Under the pieces are notes generated by a model that was not told the DNA's origin, did no database searches, and was given only the letters and a program-made list of their open reading frames with translations. A stretch of 64,000 nt of DNA, from contig OZ245843.1 in the NCBI GenBank assembly GCA_965228875.1, forward strand, positions 1,718,616-1,782,615. Reading direction: 5' to 3'. The first letter of the stretch is position 1. Each line of letters opens with the position of its first letter. Positions 59,817 through 64,000 of this stretch are shown here, piece after piece. The stretch comes from Thalassobaculaceae bacterium (GTDB lineage Bacteria > Pseudomonadota > Alphaproteobacteria > Thalassobaculales > Thalassobaculaceae). A program made the translations under genes and the position numbers.

Positions 59817-60563
59817 CTAGAATATGTCGCTGACAACGCGAACCAAGCGACGTTTGACTTCTGGACTGATAGCCGCTTGAGACTGATTGTAGCCGCCACC
59901 GTATACGGCCACTCGATTGGTGAGCACAGAGCGATAGGGACGAAAGCCGCTCGAAAAATCATCGTCTTGGAGGGGCGGGCTCGAGCCGAAAACCACAGTT
60001 TTCGAGCTGGATCTTCCATCCGTGCCGGTGCGCGCAACAGCAACTTCACTAATGACGATGTAGGTATTTTCGACCTGCATTGATCCTATGATAGCCCCCA
60101 AGGTCGCTCCAGCCAGGATGCCCGTCGCGGTGCCAGCGCGCGCAGCAGAGCGGTAACCGGCGATACCGCCGGCAGCGCCACCAAGAAAGGCATATTCTGT
60201 AGCCAAATCACGTCGGATCTGGCCGCTATACATAACGTTCAGGTCGAGGCGTACCCCATGACCGGTGCTGACTGGCTCAAAGCCCTTCGCGGCAAACGCA
60301 CCCTCGATTTGTCCCTTGAATGCGCCGACGTTGAAGGTTGGATCTCCGGACGTGTTTCGGATCGTGATCCTGATCTTCCGGTTTTCGAATTGATCCGCTT
60401 CGAGGAGGATCGACTTCTCAACGACAGAACCGTAGCTCTGCCCCGTGCCGGGCTGCTCAACCATGCCCAATCGATTGGCGTTTGTCTGGGCACATCCGGT
60501 CACTCCGAGCAGAACAGCCATCCATATCCCCGCCGCTGCCTGGAAATGTATCGAGATCCCCAT
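59817..60563 (-). CDS. TraT-family outer-membrane lipoprotein
   Basis: Lipobox VTGC; IRNTSG, glycine zipper GGAAGGIAG..GILAGATLGAIIG, YIVISEV; lower GC. Confidence 0.75.
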   Translation of the reverse strand: MGISIHFQAAAGIWMAVLLGVTGCAQTNANRLGMVEQPGTGQSYGSVVEKSILLEADQFENRKIRITIRNTSGDPTFNVGAFKGQIEGAFAAKGFEPVSTGHGVRLDLNVMYSGQIRRDLATEYAFLGGAAGGIAGYRSAARAGTATGILAGATLGAIIGSMQVENTYIVISEVAVARTGTDGRSSSKTVVFGSSPPLQDDDFSSGFRPYRSVLTNRVAVYGGGYNQSQAAISPEVKRRLVRVVSDIF

Positions 60564-60564
60564 C

Positions 60565-62802
60565 TCAAAAATCCCCCGCCAAGAAGCTCGCGATTTCGGA
60601 ATGGTGAAGGGCAAAACCCAATCCCTCCACCTCGACCTGAGCCAATTTCTGAGTGTTCACGCCAATGACCCTGTTCCCAAGGAACAGCGGTCCTCCAGAG
60701 TTCCCGGGGTTGATAGCCGCGTCCGTTTGAATAAATAGAAGATCCTTTCCACCTGGAGCCTGCGCACTCGGAAGATTCCGCAACGCACTCACGACTCCTC
60801 GAGAGATCGAAAAAGTTAGCCCTTTAGGGTGTCCGATCGCTTCCGTCGTAGCGCCGAGATCGATCGAATTGCTGTCGTAAAACGCGACTGGCTTACCTCT
60901 GGTTTGCACACGGATGAGTGCGAGATCCATGCGAACATCCGTCTTCGCGACCTTTCCGAAAGTTTCCCGTCCATCATAGAGCTTGAGCTCCATGAACTTC
61001 TTGCCGTCGACCACATGGTAGTTGGTGAGGACGAGATCAGGCGCGACAAAGAACCCTGCTCCAACGCCGCCATCCGGATTGTAGACAACGACCACACTGT
61101 CAAAGCGCGCATCGTTGAGCGGGCGCGCGTCGAATTTCTGCTTCCTGTATGCCGCCAGCGCTTTGTTTTTGTCCGCCAGCATCTGCTTCCGCAGCGTCGC
61201 GAGTGCGGGCAGACGACGTGCTTTACCGCTGTTGGCGACATAGTGATCGAGGATCGCACTGAGCTTCATGGACACAGGTTTCTTTTCCCAGTCGGCCGCA
61301 TCTGTCTCACTGTTGAAGCTTGCAGCATGCTTTCGGCGATTCTTATCCTTCTCGTGGAGCTGGTAGGCAATGTCGAACGCCTCTCGCTCCTCCACTGTCA
61401 CCGTCGACTTGAACATGGTCCTCTTGGCCGTATCGATGACGTAGTAGTTCATATCCAAGGTCTTACGCGCTTGGACGTTGGCCACATTGAACCGATATTC
61501 TGAATAGATCGGCACCTCGATGGTTTCAGAGGTGCTGGTAAGTCTGCTGGCAGCACCTTGATAAGCGGCGTTTGCGTTCTTTGCGCGCTCAGCATTCGCC
61601 GCCGCAACGATCAGCGCCGGAATCAAGCCGCAACCAGGGCACCCTTGCGCGGCCTGCATCCTGGCCTGCATCTGCAACTGTTGAGCCTGCTGCACATCGA
61701 GCTGTGCCTTCGTGTAGGCAGGATTGCGTTCTGTCTTGCTGCCGGACTGGTATTCCGACTCCACCGGACGTTGATTAGCCACACGCCGCGCCGTATTGGC
61801 GACCGCGACATCCAAAACCACCAGATAGTCAAACCTCTTGAGTTGATGTTCCGAGAGCGCCTGGTCGAGGGCAGCTTTCTGAAATGGGAATGGCAGATCG
61901 ACATCAATGGCCGGCGGAAACTCGATCTGTCCTTCACTAAGAAGCGTTTGGCTTGTCACCTCGATGAAGCCGATCCTTGGGCTTTCGAGCTCACCAACTT
62001 CGATGCCAGCAGCACGCACATCCCGTATCGCAGCAATCACGTCCTTCAGATTGTCAGGCTTGCCGCCAATCCGCGACGTTAGGGCGACAGAGGCAAACAG
62101 CTTCCGCGTTCGCTCGTCCATGCCTTCCCCATAGGCCTTCAAAAACATCGCGATATCTTGCCAAGGGCGTCGCTCCGAACGCGAGACCAGGGCGCCGGAG
62201 GCCGCTCGGATGGTCGCCGCCTTATCAACCTCAACCGGATACTTCTCAAAGAAATCCGAAGCCGAGAATACGGGATAGCCTGACAAGGCTTCGTCCGCTT
62301 GGGATTCAAGCAAGCTTTTTACCCGCTTCAGCTCAGCATCAATCTTTGGGATTTCAGCGTGCGTACGATCTAGAAACATCAGAGCCTTCGAGTTCGCGAT
62401 CTCAGATCTGACATTCTTGGCTGCATCGATTTTGTTCTTCACATCTGGCCATTGCGACGCCTGTACAGGAGATTTGATGCTCGCCAAACCTTGTGTCGCG
62501 GTGACCGCGTTCGGCGTCAGTCGGGTCGCTTCATTGTTTGCGAGTAGGCCAATGGCCGTCATGACCTCGGCGTCATCCCGATTTTTCTGAAAATACGAAA
62601 CATGAGCGTTGAAAACCGATCGGGCTCCAGCCCAATCACCCGCTTCGACCTTCTCAGAAAGGTCATCGCCCTGATCGAAGAAGATCGAGTATCCGCTTCC
62701 CGAACCGCCGGCCAAAGCGCCGAGGCCGCTAGAGCCAGTCGTCTGACATCCAGCTAGGATTAGGACAATGCCTGCGAATGCAATGAAACTGTGAGCCCGC
62801 AT
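60565..62802 (-). CDS. Lipoprotein with C-terminal trypsin-like (S1C) serine protease domain, 745 aa
   Basis: Lipobox LAGC; triad TNYHVV / DLALI / NPGNSGGP; no PDZ; long unrecognised N-terminal region. Confidence 0.88.
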   Translation of the reverse strand: MRAHSFIAFAGIVLILAGCQTTGSSGLGALAGGSGSGYSIFFDQGDDLSEKVEAGDWAGARSVFNAHVSYFQKNRDDAEVMTAIGLLANNEATRLTPNAVTATQGLASIKSPVQASQWPDVKNKIDAAKNVRSEIANSKALMFLDRTHAEIPKIDAELKRVKSLLESQADEALSGYPVFSASDFFEKYPVEVDKAATIRAASGALVSRSERRPWQDIAMFLKAYGEGMDERTRKLFASVALTSRIGGKPDNLKDVIAAIRDVRAAGIEVGELESPRIGFIEVTSQTLLSEGQIEFPPAIDVDLPFPFQKAALDQALSEHQLKRFDYLVVLDVAVANTARRVANQRPVESEYQSGSKTERNPAYTKAQLDVQQAQQLQMQARMQAAQGCPGCGLIPALIVAAANAERAKNANAAYQGAASRLTSTSETIEVPIYSEYRFNVANVQARKTLDMNYYVIDTAKRTMFKSTVTVEEREAFDIAYQLHEKDKNRRKHAASFNSETDAADWEKKPVSMKLSAILDHYVANSGKARRLPALATLRKQMLADKNKALAAYRKQKFDARPLNDARFDSVVVVYNPDGGVGAGFFVAPDLVLTNYHVVDGKKFMELKLYDGRETFGKVAKTDVRMDLALIRVQTRGKPVAFYDSNSIDLGATTEAIGHPKGLTFSISRGVVSALRNLPSAQAPGGKDLLFIQTDAAINPGNSGGPLFLGNRVIGVNTQKLAQVEVEGLGFALHHSEIASFLAGDF

Positions 62803-63522
62803 TGCAGCCCCCCTCGCTGCTTCTTTCTTTGCGAATGAGGGAATTATCTCTTCCCCAATCGCTGACATGATCTGCATTAGGGTATTGTCTCGACCTGACT
62901 GCGTAAATCCCCTCAGAACCACCCTTGAAAAGCGAGTAAAGCGAACACGAACCCATCCGAACCATCAAACTGTTACCAACCCGTACAGTCGCGAGAGACC
63001 GATCGGCTCCTCGCGACTCAGTTCGTCCGGTCTGGTGATGAACAGCCGATGGACCACGGGCTCCGGCAGGCCACACTAAGTCTGATGCTACTCGGAGACT
63101 CGGCTAGGTGTTCTGCGCCAAGCTTTGATGGAGTATTTTTACGCAAGACTGGAAGGCGGCAGTATCGGCTAGGTTCTGCACGGGAGCGCCACGATGACAG
63201 AGGCGGTCCCCATGCTAACCGCCGGTTCTTCCAAACGGACCGGATTCCTGCCCGTCAGCGGCGTCGGCTCGGGTGGCGCCGGCCTCACCAGGGTCCGCCC
63301 GGACGTCGTTGCCGATCGCCTCCTCGTTGCGCTCACGTATCATTCACAAGCGCCGAGTCGCGCAACGGCGCGGTGGCGACGGGCATGGGTGATCCATCCA
63401 CAGCCAAGGCCCGGATTCGTCCCCGGTATTTTCGTCGGTCGGCCGTCCAAGTACCTCGCCATTCGCGCCCGCGCCGGGCTATGGGTTAGAGTCTGTCCCG
63501 AGGAAAATCGAGTCGCCGCCCC

Positions 63523-64000
63523 ATGTCCGACCCCGAGCCCAGCATCGCCCCGTTTCCGGTCTCCGCACCGTCCTTCGCCCCGGCGGAGGCCGAGCCGGCC
63601 GCGTCGGCGTACCGCGAGCCGCCGCACAACCTCGAGGCCGAACAGGCCTTGCTGGGCGCTATCCTGGTGAACAACCGCGCCTATGAGCGGGTCAGCGAGT
63701 TCCTGCGGCCGGAGCATTTCGCCGACCCGGTACACGGCCGGATCTTCGGCGCCTGCGGGAAGCTGATCGACCGCGGCCAGATCGCCACGCCGGTCACCCT
63801 CAAGGGGCTGTTCGACCAGGACGAGGCGCTGGCGGAGGTCGGCGGCGCCCAGTACCTGGTGAAACTCGCGGCCTCGGTCGTCACCGTCATAAATTCCGAG
63901 GATTACGGCCGCGAGATCCGCGACTGCTTCCTGCGCCGCGAACTGATCGACATCGGCGAGACCGTGGTCAACGACGCCTTCGACCGCGACATCGACACCG
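63523..64000 (+). CDS. dnaB: Replicative DNA helicase, N-terminal part (3' truncated by window)
   Basis: PPHNLEAEQALLGAIL..N, HF..PVH.RIF, EVGGAQYL..LA; normal position downstream of rplI. Confidence 0.95.
   Translation, partial: MSDPEPSIAPFPVSAPSFAPAEAEPAASAYREPPHNLEAEQALLGAILVNNRAYERVSEFLRPEHFADPVHGRIFGACGKLIDRGQIATPVTLKGLFDQDEALAEVGGAQYLVKLAASVVTVINSEDYGREIRDCFLRRELIDIGETVVNDAFDRDIDT

Noticed and set aside
62803..62922. In-frame extension upstream of the protease, including IMSAIGEEIIPSF (reminiscent of an LLM oxidoreductase C-terminus)
   Set aside because: The lipoprotein signal starts at 62802; similarity too short to call a pseudogene
63100..63179. Imperfect direct repeat TCGGCTAGGT(GT)TCTGC twice
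   Set aside because: Only two copies and no associated gene; cannot assign a function
59658..63491. GGGTTAGAG direct repeat at 59658-59666 and 63483-63491 as a target-site duplication of the island
   Set aside because: Only 9 bp, plausible by chance over the searched flanks; no integrase; needs an empty-site genome to test
63194..63670. 158-aa ORF upstream of and overlapping dnaB
   Set aside because: Overlaps the dnaB frame, low-complexity, no recognisable motif

Overview
High-GC alphaproteobacterial (Rhodospirillales-like, inferred from gene content and order) chromosome segment running from a 5'-truncated purM to a 3'-truncated dnaB. The core backbone is purM-purN, ndk, holC, putA, xseB-ispA-dxs, an RND pump, fabD-fabG-acpP-fabF-mltG-yicC-gmk, ppk2, rpsF-rpsR-DUF2232-rplI and dnaB. 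The accessory blocks are: (i) arsenic resistance split over two loci (arsR-arsP-MFS at 7-9.6 kb; gap-arsJ and arsC at 37.5-40.6 kb); (ii) two paralogous two-module pentapeptide-repeat genes, each preceded by the same CtrA-like 14-mer at similar spacing; (iii) a coupled minus-strand operon with a kinase, an enolase paralog with altered active-site residues, a 2-hydroxyacid dehydrogenase, a GT2 and a PLP enzyme; (iv) a desaturase/XRE regulator/signal-less PhnD-like trio; (v) an MmgR/suhB-type sRNA; (vi) a dehydrogenase, QueD-like, glycosyltransferase, methyltransferase cassette; (vii) a lower-GC insert between rplI and dnaB carrying an IS3 remnant, a TraT lipoprotein and a large lipoprotein serine protease. 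No rRNA, tRNA or CRISPR array was seen. All calls come from motif recognition by eye; no database searches were run.
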